Shown here: one piece after another, positions 36,396-45,623 of the stretch
Layout: each line of letters starts with the position of its first letter
Numbering within the stretch: the first letter of the stretch is position 1
Assembly: GCA_041745895.1 (NCBI GenBank)
Contig: JBGTIC010000046.1
Location: 1-63,714 of the forward strand
DNA length: 63,714 nucleotides
Origin: Gammaproteobacteria bacterium
GTDB taxonomy: Bacteria; Pseudomonadota; Gammaproteobacteria; Steroidobacterales; PWYM01
Direction: 5' to 3'
The notes under the pieces: generated by a model
What the model saw: the letters and a program-made list of their open reading frames with translations, nothing else
Told to the model about the DNA's origin: nothing
Databases searched by the model: none
Made by a program: the position numbers and the translations under genes

Positions 36396-37093
36396 TGAAG
36401 CACAGGACGACGAGAGGCGTTCTTCAGTATCTTGATTCGCAGGGTATGGAGCGCGGACGCGAGGTGTTTGCGATCACCGTACATGGCGATGGACGCCGTA
36501 TTCTTCGTGCCCAGTCCGAGATCGACGAAGGCGAAGTTCTGCGCGACGTGGTCTACACGGTGAGTGCGAAATGGCGACCGATCGAGGCCTATGTGCGTCT
36601 GAGCGTGCTGGATCGCTTCCAGGGCAGTGGCTGGTTCCAGTTCGATTCAGCGGGCGCCAGCTGCGAGGCTGTGACCCGCGAGGACGGGCGCATGTCGCAG
36701 CGCCTCGATACACCGACCCCGCCACTGTGTTTCGGCAGTCATCCCATCTCCGGCGATGCATGGATGGTGACGCCCTACGATATGTCCCGGCGCACCGAGG
36801 CGCAACGCATCGAGCCTGCGTTGATGAGTTCGCTTGCGTTCAACGGCGCCACGGGGCCGCGGCTGCACTCGCTGGGGTACGGACTGGCATTCCGCGGCGA
36901 AGAGACACTCGACGTGCCCGCCGGACGGATCGATAGCTGGAAATTCGAGTTTCTGCTCGCCGGCAGCGAGGTCGACGGCCATCCCCCTTACCATGTCTGG
37001 GTGAGCGCCGATGGTGACTACATCATCGTCAAGGCCGAGGTTGGCGCACCGAGGCACTATACCTACCTGCTGAGTTCGCTTGCGACCTCGTGA
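36395..37093 (+). CDS. protein of unrecognised family, paralogue Y1
   Basis: The start ATG overlaps the SDR stop (TGATG). Blocks ERGREVFAITVHGDGRR...VRLSVLDRFQGSGWFQF...HPPYHVWVSADGDYIIVKA are paralogous to 51994..52752. Confidence 0.65.
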   Translation: MKHRTTRGVLQYLDSQGMERGREVFAITVHGDGRRILRAQSEIDEGEVLRDVVYTVSAKWRPIEAYVRLSVLDRFQGSGWFQFDSAGASCEAVTREDGRMSQRLDTPTPPLCFGSHPISGDAWMVTPYDMSRRTEAQRIEPALMSSLAFNGATGPRLHSLGYGLAFRGEETLDVPAGRIDSWKFEFLLAGSEVDGHPPYHVWVSADGDYIIVKAEVGAPRHYTYLLSSLATS

Positions 37094-37129
37094 TCCCTGA
37101 CGCGTAATTGCCCAGCGGGGGGGGGCGGC

Positions 37130-37759
37130 TCAGGCCGGCAGCTTGAAGTCCGCCCGCAAGGCCATGGCACGACGAACCGCCGGTCGTTCTCCAACAAGTT
37201 CGCTCCAGCGGCGGATATGCTCGTAGCCGGACAGCCCGTCGGGAAGCCGCGCGGCCGAGCTCGCCGCAACCGGGTAGCCCAATGCGTCAGCCAGCGTGTA
37301 GGTCTCGCCACTCAGATAGGTGTTGGCGGCGAGCCGTGCGTCGAGCACCTTGAGCAGCCGGGCGATCTGTTCGTTGAAATACCGGATCGGAAATTCCAGC
37401 TTCTCGGGCGCCATGACATTGAAAATGAACTGTCCGGTAAACGCAGGTCCCAGATCCGAGGCAATGATGCCGGCCCACTGGTACACCTGCGCGCGCTGCG
37501 CAGGGGTCTCGCCGAGCAGCACGCCGTGTTTGTCGGCAAGGTGCAGTGCGATGGCCATCGTGCCATAGACGCTGATGCCTGTGGCATGGTCTACAATCGC
37601 CGGCACCTTGCCCACTGGATTGACGGCCAGATACTCCTCGGAGAGATGCTCTCCCTGCATCATGTCGATCGGGCGCAGTGTGTATTGCTCGCCGGTCTCC
37701 TCGAGCATGATGGCGGCGCGCTGGCCGTTGGCTGTGGGTACCCAGTACAGATCCATCAT
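37130..37759 (-). CDS. glutathione S-transferase family protein
   Basis: ORF 37130..37825 trimmed to MMDLYWVPTANGQRAAIMLEE...NPVGKVPAIVD. It has thioredoxin-like N-terminal and helical C-terminal domains. Confidence 0.8.
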   Translation of the reverse strand: MMDLYWVPTANGQRAAIMLEETGEQYTLRPIDMMQGEHLSEEYLAVNPVGKVPAIVDHATGISVYGTMAIALHLADKHGVLLGETPAQRAQVYQWAGIIASDLGPAFTGQFIFNVMAPEKLEFPIRYFNEQIARLLKVLDARLAANTYLSGETYTLADALGYPVAASSAARLPDGLSGYEHIRRWSELVGERPAVRRAMALRADFKLPA

Positions 37760-37775
37760 CTCGATGCGCCCCGTG

Positions 37776-38642
37776 TCAGTTGTCGATCGCCCGGCCACGC
37801 TTGCGTGCTGCAACCGCAATGCCATCGCCGAGCAGGTTGGCCGTCACCACGGCAAGAACGATTGCGCCGGCCGGTACGAACAGCATCCATGGCGCGCGAA
37901 ACAGGAACTGCCGGCTCTCCGCGAGCATATTGCCCCAGGTGGGATCTCCCAGCGGCGCACCGATGCCCAGGAAGGACAGCGCGCTCTCGGCGATCAGCAT
38001 GTCGGCAAAATGAAAGGCCAGCATGACGAGCAGAGTGGCGCGCAGGCCGGGCAGTACATGGCCAAGCAGCACACGGAAGCGGCTCACGCCGAGCATTCGT
38101 GCCGCAAGCACATAATCGCGCTCCATCAGCGACAGCGCTTCCGCATACACCACGCGCGCGAACACCGGCCAGGTCAGAAGCCCGAGGGTCAGTACCAGTG
38201 GCCAGAACCCCTGGCCGACAACGGCGATCACGCAAATGGCAGCCACGAGGCCGGGAAATGCGAGCACCAGATCCACGGCCTGGCGGATGACCCCGCGCAG
38301 GCGCCCGCGACTTTCCGCTGCCAGCAGGCCGAGCAGGGTCCCGATCACAGCGGCGATCAGTGTGGCGGTCAATGCGCAGGAAAGCGACCAGGCCAGACCG
38401 GCAACTGCCCGCGACCACATATCGCGTCCGAGATTGTCGGTGCCCAGCCAATGCGCCTGGCTACCGGGCGCAGCAAAACGCACCATCAGATCGCCGTACA
38501 TCGGATCATGGGTCTGCACGACATTGCCCAGCAGCGTCAGCAGTAGCAGCGCCGCGGCCATTGCGCCACCGAGCCACAGCTCCAGCGTACCGCCGAGGCG
38601 CAGGCGCGAGCGTTGCAGGCGTTTGTCGGCGCTGATGACCAC
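37776..38642 (-). CDS. ABC transporter permease, DppC/OppC-like
   Basis: ORF 37776..38810 trimmed to GTG 38642, 2 nt after the upstream permease stop. Motif: MERDYVLAARMLGVSRFRVLLGHVLPG (EAA-type loop). Confidence 0.8.
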   Translation of the reverse strand: MVISADKRLQRSRLRLGGTLELWLGGAMAAALLLLTLLGNVVQTHDPMYGDLMVRFAAPGSQAHWLGTDNLGRDMWSRAVAGLAWSLSCALTATLIAAVIGTLLGLLAAESRGRLRGVIRQAVDLVLAFPGLVAAICVIAVVGQGFWPLVLTLGLLTWPVFARVVYAEALSLMERDYVLAARMLGVSRFRVLLGHVLPGLRATLLVMLAFHFADMLIAESALSFLGIGAPLGDPTWGNMLAESRQFLFRAPWMLFVPAGAIVLAVVTANLLGDGIAVAARKRGRAIDN

Positions 38643-38644
38643 GT

Positions 38645-39568
38645 TCAGGCGGGCGCTCTCTTCAGCCGCGGGTCCAGCACCCGGAAAGCCAGATCGGTGA
38701 ACAGGTTGATCAGAAAGACCAGTACGGCGATGACGATCGCGATGGCCTGGACGACTGGGAAATCCAGTGTCTGCGTGGATTCGATCAGCAGCCAGCCAAT
38801 GCCCGGCCACGAAAAGATGATTTCAATCACCACGGTGCCTGAGATCAAAAACGCGAACTGGGTGCCGACCAGTGCAGTTGCGCCGAGCAGCGCATTGGGC
38901 AGGGCATAGCGGGCCAGCAGTTCGCGCGAGCGTACACCGTTGGCCCGCGCGGTGCGGATGTAGTCCTCTCGCATCGCTTCGGCGACATTGGCTGCGACCA
39001 CACGGGTAAGCTTGGGAATGAGGAATGCACCCAGCGAGATGGTCGGCAGGATCCAGTGCTGCACCGAGCCATACCCCAGCGAGGGCAGCCAGCCCAGGTT
39101 GACGGCGAAAATCTGGATAGCCACAAGACCTACGACAAATCCGGGCACCCCCTGACCAATGAACACCAGCCAGGCGGTAAGGCGACGCGACGGTGCATCC
39201 GGGCGGTAGCCCAGCCACGCGCCCAGCGGAATCGACACGAGCAATGTGAACCCCATCGCCAGGAAGGTCAGCAGCAGCGTCGCCGGCAGCATCGACATGA
39301 CTTTTTCCATGGCGGGCACGCCACTGGCCAGGGACTGGCCAAAGTCCAGCAGCAGCACATTGCGAAGATAGACGAGAAACTGCTGCAAGACCGGCTTGTC
39401 CAGGCCGTACTGCACACGCAGAGACTCGATCTGCTCAAGTGTCGCGTCCGGTCCGGCCATGACGATTGCCGGATCGCCCGCCAGGCGCAACATGAAGAAA
39501 AGCACCAGCGTCAGGCCGAACAGCAGGATGGCCAGGTCCCCAAGGCGCTTTACGATGGTCGAGGCCAT
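38645..39568 (-). CDS. ABC transporter permease, DppB/OppB-like
   Basis: 307-aa ORF with REDYIRTARANGVRSRELLARYALPNAL. Confidence 0.85.
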   Translation of the reverse strand: MASTIVKRLGDLAILLFGLTLVLFFMLRLAGDPAIVMAGPDATLEQIESLRVQYGLDKPVLQQFLVYLRNVLLLDFGQSLASGVPAMEKVMSMLPATLLLTFLAMGFTLLVSIPLGAWLGYRPDAPSRRLTAWLVFIGQGVPGFVVGLVAIQIFAVNLGWLPSLGYGSVQHWILPTISLGAFLIPKLTRVVAANVAEAMREDYIRTARANGVRSRELLARYALPNALLGATALVGTQFAFLISGTVVIEIIFSWPGIGWLLIESTQTLDFPVVQAIAIVIAVLVFLINLFTDLAFRVLDPRLKRAPA

Positions 39569-39576
39569 TCGGCGTA

Positions 39577-41094
39577 TCAGCGCCTGCCAAAGTTGCCGGC
39601 CGGCACGTCGGTCAGCGGAATCGTCGTCGTCTTTGCCTCTGTAAAGAAGCGCAGGCTGTCAGTCATGCCGTCGCGTCCGATGCCCGACTCCTTGAAGCCA
39701 CCGAAAGGCGCTCGCAGTTCGCGCGTCATCGGGGTATTGACCCAGATGGTCCCGGCGCGGATGTCCCGGCTGCAGCGCATGACGGTTGGCAGGTCATTGG
39801 ACCAGACGTAGGCGACCAGCCCGAAGTTTGAATCGTTGGCGATCCTGATGGCCTCCTCGGTGGTCTCGAAGCTCAGGAATGTCGCAAACGGTCCGAAAAT
39901 CTCTTCCTGGGCAACGCGGCTGCGATTGTGCGGGGCGTGTACCGCCGTGGGCAGGACATAGAGCCCGCGATCAAAGCCAGGCGCCCGCTCGCCGCCAACC
40001 AGCACCGTGGCGCCGTCGGCACGCGCGATCTGCGCGTAGGAGAGCACACGCTCCATGTGACCGCGATAACACAGAGGGCCGATTTCCGTGGTCGCATCGA
40101 ACGGATCACCCACACGGATATTGCGGGCCCGTTCGGCGAATCGTTGCATGAACTCCTCGGCCACGGATTTCTGCACAAGGATCCGCGAGCCGGCAAGGCA
40201 TTGCTGACCATTGTTGGCAAAGATGCCGGTGAGCGCCCCATCCAATGCACGCTCGAGATCCGCGTTGGCAAATATGATGTTCGCCGACTTGCCGCCAAGC
40301 TCCAGAATCGCCGGCTTGAGTGCCTTGCCTGCCGCAGACATGATCGCCTTGCCGGTTTCGGTACCGCCGGTGAATCCGACCATGTCGATTTCCGGATGGG
40401 CCACGAGGCTGGTGCCGGTGACCGTGCCGCGCCCGTTGACGAGATTGACGACACCAGGAGGCAGGCCCGCCTCGTGCATCAGTTCCACCATGCGATAAAT
40501 CGACAGGGGCGTGAACTCCGATGGCTTGAGCACGCAGGTGTTACCGAACGCGATACAGGTGACCACGCGCATCGAGGCCAGCGCCAGCGGCGCGTTCCAC
40601 GGGGCGATCATAGCGCCCACGCCTTTCGGCTCGCGGGTGACATAGGTCAGATAGCGACTGTCCTGCGTGTAGGTTTCACCTGATACCGTGCTGATGACTT
40701 CGGCGAAGAACTCGAAGTTCTTGGCCATGCGTTCGACGTGGCGCTCAATATTGGCCAGCGTCAGACCGGTGTTCATCGTCTCCAGGTAGCCAAGCTCCGC
40801 ACTGTTGGCGCGAAGGACATCACGAATGGCGTACAGCACATCCTTGCGCTGATCGACGTCCATCCGCGGCCAGGGACCGTGTTCAAAGGCGTCACGGGCC
40901 GAGCGTACTGCGGCATCGACCTGCGCTGCATCGGCCTCACGAAGCTGGCTGACGGTCTCTTCCGTGGCGGGGTAGATCACCGGGATGTCGTAGCCGGGCT
41001 CACAAAATACCGCTTCACCATGGATGAAGCTGGGGATACGTGCGGGGATGGCGAATCGAGCGTGGGAGGTGCCGGTGGCGTGGGTTGGTTGCAA
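39577..41094 (-). CDS. NAD(P)-dependent aldehyde dehydrogenase
   Basis: ORF 39577..41823 trimmed to TTG 41094, 6 nt after a GGAGAT SD. Motifs: ELGGKSANIIF and NNGQQCLAGSR (catalytic Cys). 505 aa. Confidence 0.85.
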   Translation of the reverse strand: MQPTHATGTSHARFAIPARIPSFIHGEAVFCEPGYDIPVIYPATEETVSQLREADAAQVDAAVRSARDAFEHGPWPRMDVDQRKDVLYAIRDVLRANSAELGYLETMNTGLTLANIERHVERMAKNFEFFAEVISTVSGETYTQDSRYLTYVTREPKGVGAMIAPWNAPLALASMRVVTCIAFGNTCVLKPSEFTPLSIYRMVELMHEAGLPPGVVNLVNGRGTVTGTSLVAHPEIDMVGFTGGTETGKAIMSAAGKALKPAILELGGKSANIIFANADLERALDGALTGIFANNGQQCLAGSRILVQKSVAEEFMQRFAERARNIRVGDPFDATTEIGPLCYRGHMERVLSYAQIARADGATVLVGGERAPGFDRGLYVLPTAVHAPHNRSRVAQEEIFGPFATFLSFETTEEAIRIANDSNFGLVAYVWSNDLPTVMRCSRDIRAGTIWVNTPMTRELRAPFGGFKESGIGRDGMTDSLRFFTEAKTTTIPLTDVPAGNFGRR

Positions 41095-41227
41095 TGCGAG
41101 ATCTCCTGGCCCGGGCGTGTTGAGCTGCCGCTTTGACGCGCCCGCCAACAGCCGGAATTCGGCCGCAAGGATCACACAACGACAGGGAATCTGTGGGCGG
41201 GCTGGATTATATCTTTTGCTTTCCAGC

Positions 41228-41239
41228 TGTGTATACAAT
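41228..41239. promoter_or_regulatory. TGTGTATACAAT, TGTATACA palindrome site D
   Basis: Read directly from the sequence, 33 bp upstream of the dctQ start and about 135 bp upstream of the ALDH start. Confidence 0.5.
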
Positions 41240-41271
41240 CCGCCGGAATTCTTCGTGCTGCGGTCATAGCC

Positions 41272-41856
41272 ATGGGTCAACCTCCAGCGATGCAACGGCT
41301 GTTGCGGCGCCTGCAGGCAGCCGAGCGTGGCATCACGTTCTTTGCCTTCTGCATCATGATCGCGATCGTGTTCGCGGATGTTGCCGTACGCGAGGTCACC
41401 GGGAGCGGGCTGCACTGGGCTCGCCAGGTCGGTGTGTACGCCAACATCTTCGTGGTGATGCTCGGCTTCGGGCTGGCGTCGGCTGAAGCGGCTCACCTGC
41501 GGCCACGTTTCGCAGACAGCTGGATTCCCGCACGTCTCGAGCGCTTCATGCCGCATGTACAGGAGGGGCTGATGAGCCTGTTCTGCATCGCGGTGGCGGT
41601 GGTCGCGACCCTTGTCGTGCTGGAGACTTTCGAACTGCAGGAACGCTCGGTGGTACTGCGTCTGCTGGTGTGGCCGGTGCAGGCGGTGATTCCTCTGGCC
41701 TTCGTCATCGCCGCATTCCGGCATGGGTGCTACGCGATCTGGCCGGCGCTTGCACCGCAGCCGCCCTCGAATGTCGAAGCCGCAGCCGCGGCAGTCGCGG
41801 CGCGCAAGGCCGACAAGGCCCACAAAGCCGACAAGGCCGACAAGGCCATCCGCTGA
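41272..41856 (+). CDS. dctQ: TRAP transporter small permease (DctQ family)
   Basis: 194-aa ORF with four hydrophobic segments. The stop overlaps the dctM start (TGATG). The C-terminal tail reads KADKAHKADKADKA. Confidence 0.75.
   Translation: MGQPPAMQRLLRRLQAAERGITFFAFCIMIAIVFADVAVREVTGSGLHWARQVGVYANIFVVMLGFGLASAEAAHLRPRFADSWIPARLERFMPHVQEGLMSLFCIAVAVVATLVVLETFELQERSVVLRLLVWPVQAVIPLAFVIAAFRHGCYAIWPALAPQPPSNVEAAAAAVAARKADKAHKADKADKAIR
41806..41850 (+). repeat. 9-bp tandem repeat x5 (AAGGCCGAC-like) encoding KAD/KAH repeats
   Basis: AAGGCCGAC AAGGCCCAC AAAGCCGAC AAGGCCGAC AAGGCCATC, read directly at the 3' end of dctQ. Confidence 0.8.
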
Positions 41857-43118
41857 TGGAGGTCGTCGGACTTTTTGCCATGGTGCTGGCGCTGTTTGTT
41901 CTGCGCCAGAATCTCGTAGTCGTGCTGGGCATGACCGCCGCCTACGCCTATCTGGTCTGGGGCGACGGTGCCGTTGCGAACATCATCATCGATGCCTGGG
42001 ACGCGCTGAATCGCGAGGTGCTGCTGTCGATTCCGCTTTACATTCTGGCCGGCAGCATCATGTCGCGCGGGACCATGGCGCAGCGCCTCATTCGCCTGAT
42101 GCGCGCGCTGACCGCTCCGATCCCCGGCGGCCTGGCGATTGCGACCGTCCTGTCATGCGCAGTGTTTGCCGCAATCTCGGGCTCCTCGGTTGTCACGCTG
42201 CTGGCCGTCGGCTCGGTGATGTACCCGGCGCTGCTGCAGGCCGGTTACTCCAAGCAGTTTGCGCTGGGCTCGCTGTGTGCGGCCGGCACGCTGGGCATCA
42301 TCGTGCCGCCGAGCATTCCGCTGATTCTCTACGGCGTTATGACGCAGACCTCGATCGCTGATCTGTTCATCGCCGGCATCGGGCCTGCGCTGCTGCTGAT
42401 TCTGCTGATGAGCGTATACGCGATCATCCGCAACTGGCGGCTGCGTGTCGGCAGCTGGAGCCTGCGCGAAATCTGGCTGTCGCTGCGTCACGGTATCTGG
42501 GCACTGTTCATGCCTGTGCTGATTCTGGGGGGCATCTACAGCGGCTATTTCACGGCCACGGAGTCTGCCGCGGTCGCGGTGGTCTATGCGATCTTCGTGG
42601 AGCTCGTGATCCATCGGGAACTTGGCCTGCGCGGCATGTACGACACGTTCGCAGAAACCACCAAGCTGCTCGGCGCACTGTTTCCGGTACTGATGTTTGC
42701 GCTGGCGCTGAATGTCTTCCTGACCTATGAACAGGTCCCGGAGATGATCGTTCGCTGGCTCAATACGATCATCACCGATCGGGCCAGTTTCCTTATTGTC
42801 ATGAACCTGTTCCTGTTGATCATCGGTTGCGTGATGGATATCGGCTCTGCAATCCTGATTCTGGCGCCAATTCTGCAACCCATCGCGCAGGCACAGGGGA
42901 TCGATCCCGTGCATTTCGGCATCATCATGATCGTGAATCTGGAGATCGGCTATCTGACGCCGCCGCTCGGGCTCAATCTCATCGTCGCCATGAGCGCATT
43001 TCGCGAAGAGTTCTGGACCATCTGCAGGGCAGTCCTGCCGTTTCTCGGATTGATGGTCATCGGCCTGATCGTGGTAACGTTCTGGCCTGACCTGTCATTG
43101 TTTCTGGTGCAGCGCTAG
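41856..43118 (+). CDS. dctM: TRAP transporter large permease (DctM family)
   Basis: ORF 41670..43118 trimmed to MEVVGLFAMVLALFVL.... 420-aa polytopic protein with GIIVPPSIPLILYG and GYLTPPLGLNL motifs. Confidence 0.88.
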   Translation: MEVVGLFAMVLALFVLRQNLVVVLGMTAAYAYLVWGDGAVANIIIDAWDALNREVLLSIPLYILAGSIMSRGTMAQRLIRLMRALTAPIPGGLAIATVLSCAVFAAISGSSVVTLLAVGSVMYPALLQAGYSKQFALGSLCAAGTLGIIVPPSIPLILYGVMTQTSIADLFIAGIGPALLLILLMSVYAIIRNWRLRVGSWSLREIWLSLRHGIWALFMPVLILGGIYSGYFTATESAAVAVVYAIFVELVIHRELGLRGMYDTFAETTKLLGALFPVLMFALALNVFLTYEQVPEMIVRWLNTIITDRASFLIVMNLFLLIIGCVMDIGSAILILAPILQPIAQAQGIDPVHFGIIMIVNLEIGYLTPPLGLNLIVAMSAFREEFWTICRAVLPFLGLMVIGLIVVTFWPDLSLFLVQR

Positions 43119-43169
43119 GACCGCGTCCGGCTGCCTGTGCCATCCACACCCACGTAGAGGAGTATCGAC

Positions 43170-43652
43170 ATGAGCATAAAGACCGGAGATCGCATGCCCG
43201 AAGGCAAATTCGGCATCATGGGGGCCAACGGACCCGAAAGCATTACCAGCGATGCGCTGTTCAAGGGTCGCAGGGTCGTGCTGTTCTCGGTGCCAGGTGC
43301 GTTCACGCCAACCTGCTCTGCCAAGCATCTGCCGGGCTTCGTCGATCATGCAGACGCACTGAAGGCCAAGGGTGTGGATACCATCGCCTGCATTGCCGTG
43401 AACGACACCTTCGTGATGGATGCCTGGGGCAAGAGTGCTGCCTGCGGGGACAAAGTCATGATGCTCGCCGATGGCAACGCCGAGTACACGAAAAAGCTGG
43501 GTCTGGAACTCGATGCCAGCGGCTTTGGTATGGGGACCCGGGGACAGCGCTTCTCGCTTATCGTCAATGATGGTGTCGTCGAACAGGTTAACCTCGAAGG
43601 TCCTGGCGAGTTCAAAGTCAGTTCCGCGGAACACGCACTGAGCCAGCTCTAG
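43170..43652 (+). CDS. peroxiredoxin, Prx5 (type II) subfamily
   Basis: 160-aa ORF with the VPGAFTPTCS peroxidatic Cys motif. Confidence 0.88.
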   Translation: MSIKTGDRMPEGKFGIMGANGPESITSDALFKGRRVVLFSVPGAFTPTCSAKHLPGFVDHADALKAKGVDTIACIAVNDTFVMDAWGKSAACGDKVMMLADGNAEYTKKLGLELDASGFGMGTRGQRFSLIVNDGVVEQVNLEGPGEFKVSSAEHALSQL

Positions 43653-43668
43653 CATCGAGGTCGCACTG

Positions 43669-44340
43669 ATGGATCCGCAATGGCTGGTGCTCGCACATCT
43701 GCTTCTGTTCGTGTACTGGCTGGGTGGCGACCTGGGTGTGTTCTACTCGAGTCGTTTTGTCACCAACCCGGCGCTTGGCACCGAGGCGCGTGCGACCGCC
43801 GCGCACATCATGCTTGCGGTGGATCTGGCGCCGAGGATCTGCATGATCCTCATCCTGCCGGTCGGCCTGACCCTGGCTGCGATGAGCTGGGGGCTGGCCC
43901 TGTCCGGGATGCTGCTGACTCTGATATGGGTGGGTTGCCTGGCGTGGCTTGTCCTGGCCGTGTCCATCTACCTGCGCGAAGGTTCGCCGCTGTCGCATCT
44001 GCTGGCCCGGATCGATCAGGCCATCCGCTGGTTCGTCATCGTCGTCGTCGGGGGCGTGGCGCTATGGTCGTTGCTGGCAGATGGACCGTTGGCCGGGCAG
44101 TTCTGGCTGGCCGCGAAGATGCTGATCTTTGCGCTGCTGGTGATCTGCGGGCTGGGCATCCGCGCGGTGATCAAGCCCTTCGGTCCGGCCTTCGGGCAAC
44201 TCATGCGTGAGGGCTCTTCTGCTGCCGTGGAAGCCGATCTCCAGCGTTCCGTGGCGCGGGCCCGACCCTTCGTGCTGGCGATCTGGGCCGGTCTTGTGCT
44301 GGCCGCAGGACTGGGGGTCTTCAAACCTTTGCTGGTCTAG
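43669..44340 (+). CDS. 6-TM membrane protein of unrecognised family, paralogue X2
   Basis: 223-aa ORF MDPQWLVLAHLLLFVYWLGGDLGVFY...VDLAPR...LPVG...[10 protein letters not shown], 16 nt after the peroxiredoxin stop. Confidence 0.7.
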   Translation: MDPQWLVLAHLLLFVYWLGGDLGVFYSSRFVTNPALGTEARATAAHIMLAVDLAPRICMILILPVGLTLAAMSWGLALSGMLLTLIWVGCLAWLVLAVSIYLREGSPLSHLLARIDQAIRWFVIVVVGGVALWSLLADGPLAGQFWLAAKMLIFALLVICGLGIRAVIKPFGPAFGQLMREGSSAAVEADLQRSVARARPFVLAIWAGLVLAAGLGVFKPLLV

Positions 44341-45575
44341 CGAGCCGCCCAGGGCGCGGGTTCACTGCCCGGTCGGTGCAGCCCGGTCATCACCAGTGCG
44401 GGGATCGTAAGCAGGGTCGCGATAGTCATCAGCAGGATCGGTACCAGGGCTGCGCCGCCGTAGAGAAGTCCCGCCAGCATCGCGAATCCGGCGCCCAGAA
44501 GCAGGCCGATACTGCTGGAAAGGCCGGCCGCGGTGCCGGCCAGGGCTGGCTGGTCGCCCACGGCCCCCGCCAGGCCCTGGGGTCCGATGATGCCGTTGCA
44601 GGCCATCAGAACGCCGAGGGGGAGCAGCAAGGATCCCAGGGTCACGCCGTGGGTTGCGATCAGGACGGGGAGCACCAGGGCCGCTGCGCTGGCCACGGCA
44701 ATGCCGCCGCGCAGCGTACGCCCGATGCCCACGTGGCGGATCATGAAGCCGCCCAGGGCCGCGCCACCGATATAGAAAATCGACAGGGCGCCCCAGATCA
44801 GCCCGAAGGACTCGGGCCCCAGCGAAAGATCGCGTTCGAAGATCGCCGCACCGGTGGCCAGAAATGCAAAGAAGGCGCCGTTGCAGAACCCGAAGATCAG
44901 CGTGTAGCCGATGAAGGCCCGGTGCCGGAACAGCCGTGCGTAGCCTTGCAGCATGTCGATCAGGGCGAAGCGTGCCGGCGGTGGGCCCTGACGGGTCTCC
45001 GGCATGCGCAGCAGCACCCACAGCAATACCAGCACGCCCATCAGGGCACTGAGCAGGAAGATCGACTGCCAGCCGAACCGCGACCCCAGTCCGCCACCGA
45101 CCATGGGCGCAAGAACCGGAGATACACCCATCACCGCGCTGATCCAGGCGATCGCTTCGCTGCCGTCGCGTCCTTCGCGGGTGTCGCGAACGACGGCGCG
45201 GGCCGCGACCGTGCCGACACTCACGCCGAGTGCCTGGATAAAGCGTCCAAGCAACAGCAACCAGATGCCCGGTGCGAAAGCGCAGACGAGGCTTGCAACG
45301 ACAAACAGACCGAAGCCGCCGAGCAGCACAGGGCGTCTGCCAAAGCGGTCGCAGAGCAGGCCATGGATCGGCTGGGCCACGGTGAGCCCGATCAGGTAGC
45401 TCGAAACCAGCAGAGCCGCCATCGTCTCCGTGGTGTCGAGATCTCGGGCCAGAAGAGCCAGCACCGGCACCAGTACGGCCATGCCGAACGGTGAGAGTCC
45501 ACTTGCGAGACCCAGAAGCAGAACCGAAGGCGCTGGCCGCTGCATGATGTGTGGCGTGGCGCGGGTGATGAGCAC
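44337..45575 (-). CDS. MFS transporter, Bcr/CflA-like drug-resistance subfamily
   Basis: 412-aa polytopic ORF with [14 protein letters not shown] (MFS motif A). The start may be ATG 45545 instead of GTG 45575. Confidence 0.8.
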   Translation of the reverse strand: MLITRATPHIMQRPAPSVLLLGLASGLSPFGMAVLVPVLALLARDLDTTETMAALLVSSYLIGLTVAQPIHGLLCDRFGRRPVLLGGFGLFVVASLVCAFAPGIWLLLLGRFIQALGVSVGTVAARAVVRDTREGRDGSEAIAWISAVMGVSPVLAPMVGGGLGSRFGWQSIFLLSALMGVLVLLWVLLRMPETRQGPPPARFALIDMLQGYARLFRHRAFIGYTLIFGFCNGAFFAFLATGAAIFERDLSLGPESFGLIWGALSIFYIGGAALGGFMIRHVGIGRTLRGGIAVASAAALVLPVLIATHGVTLGSLLLPLGVLMACNGIIGPQGLAGAVGDQPALAGTAAGLSSSIGLLLGAGFAMLAGLLYGGAALVPILLMTIATLLTIPALVMTGLHRPGSEPAPWAAR

Positions 45576-45623
45576 AAGGCGCGGTGCCCGGCTCGACAGC
45601 CGGGCGCCGGACTTGTTCGACCG

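Noticed and set aside
41095-41823. Long N-terminal extension of the aldehyde dehydrogenase ORF (ORF track 39577..41823), overlapping dctQ on the opposite strand
   Set aside because: The extension has no ALDH similarity, would give a 748-aa protein, and covers the divergent promoter and the dctQ gene. A TTG with a GGAGAT SD at 41094 gives a normal 505-aa ALDH.
44337-44340. Convergent genes X2 and the MFS transporter overlap at a shared CTAG (TAG stops on both strands). A similar 4-nt overlap occurs at 34909-34912.
   Set aside because: This is a curious but common consequence of tight packing, with no evidence of function.
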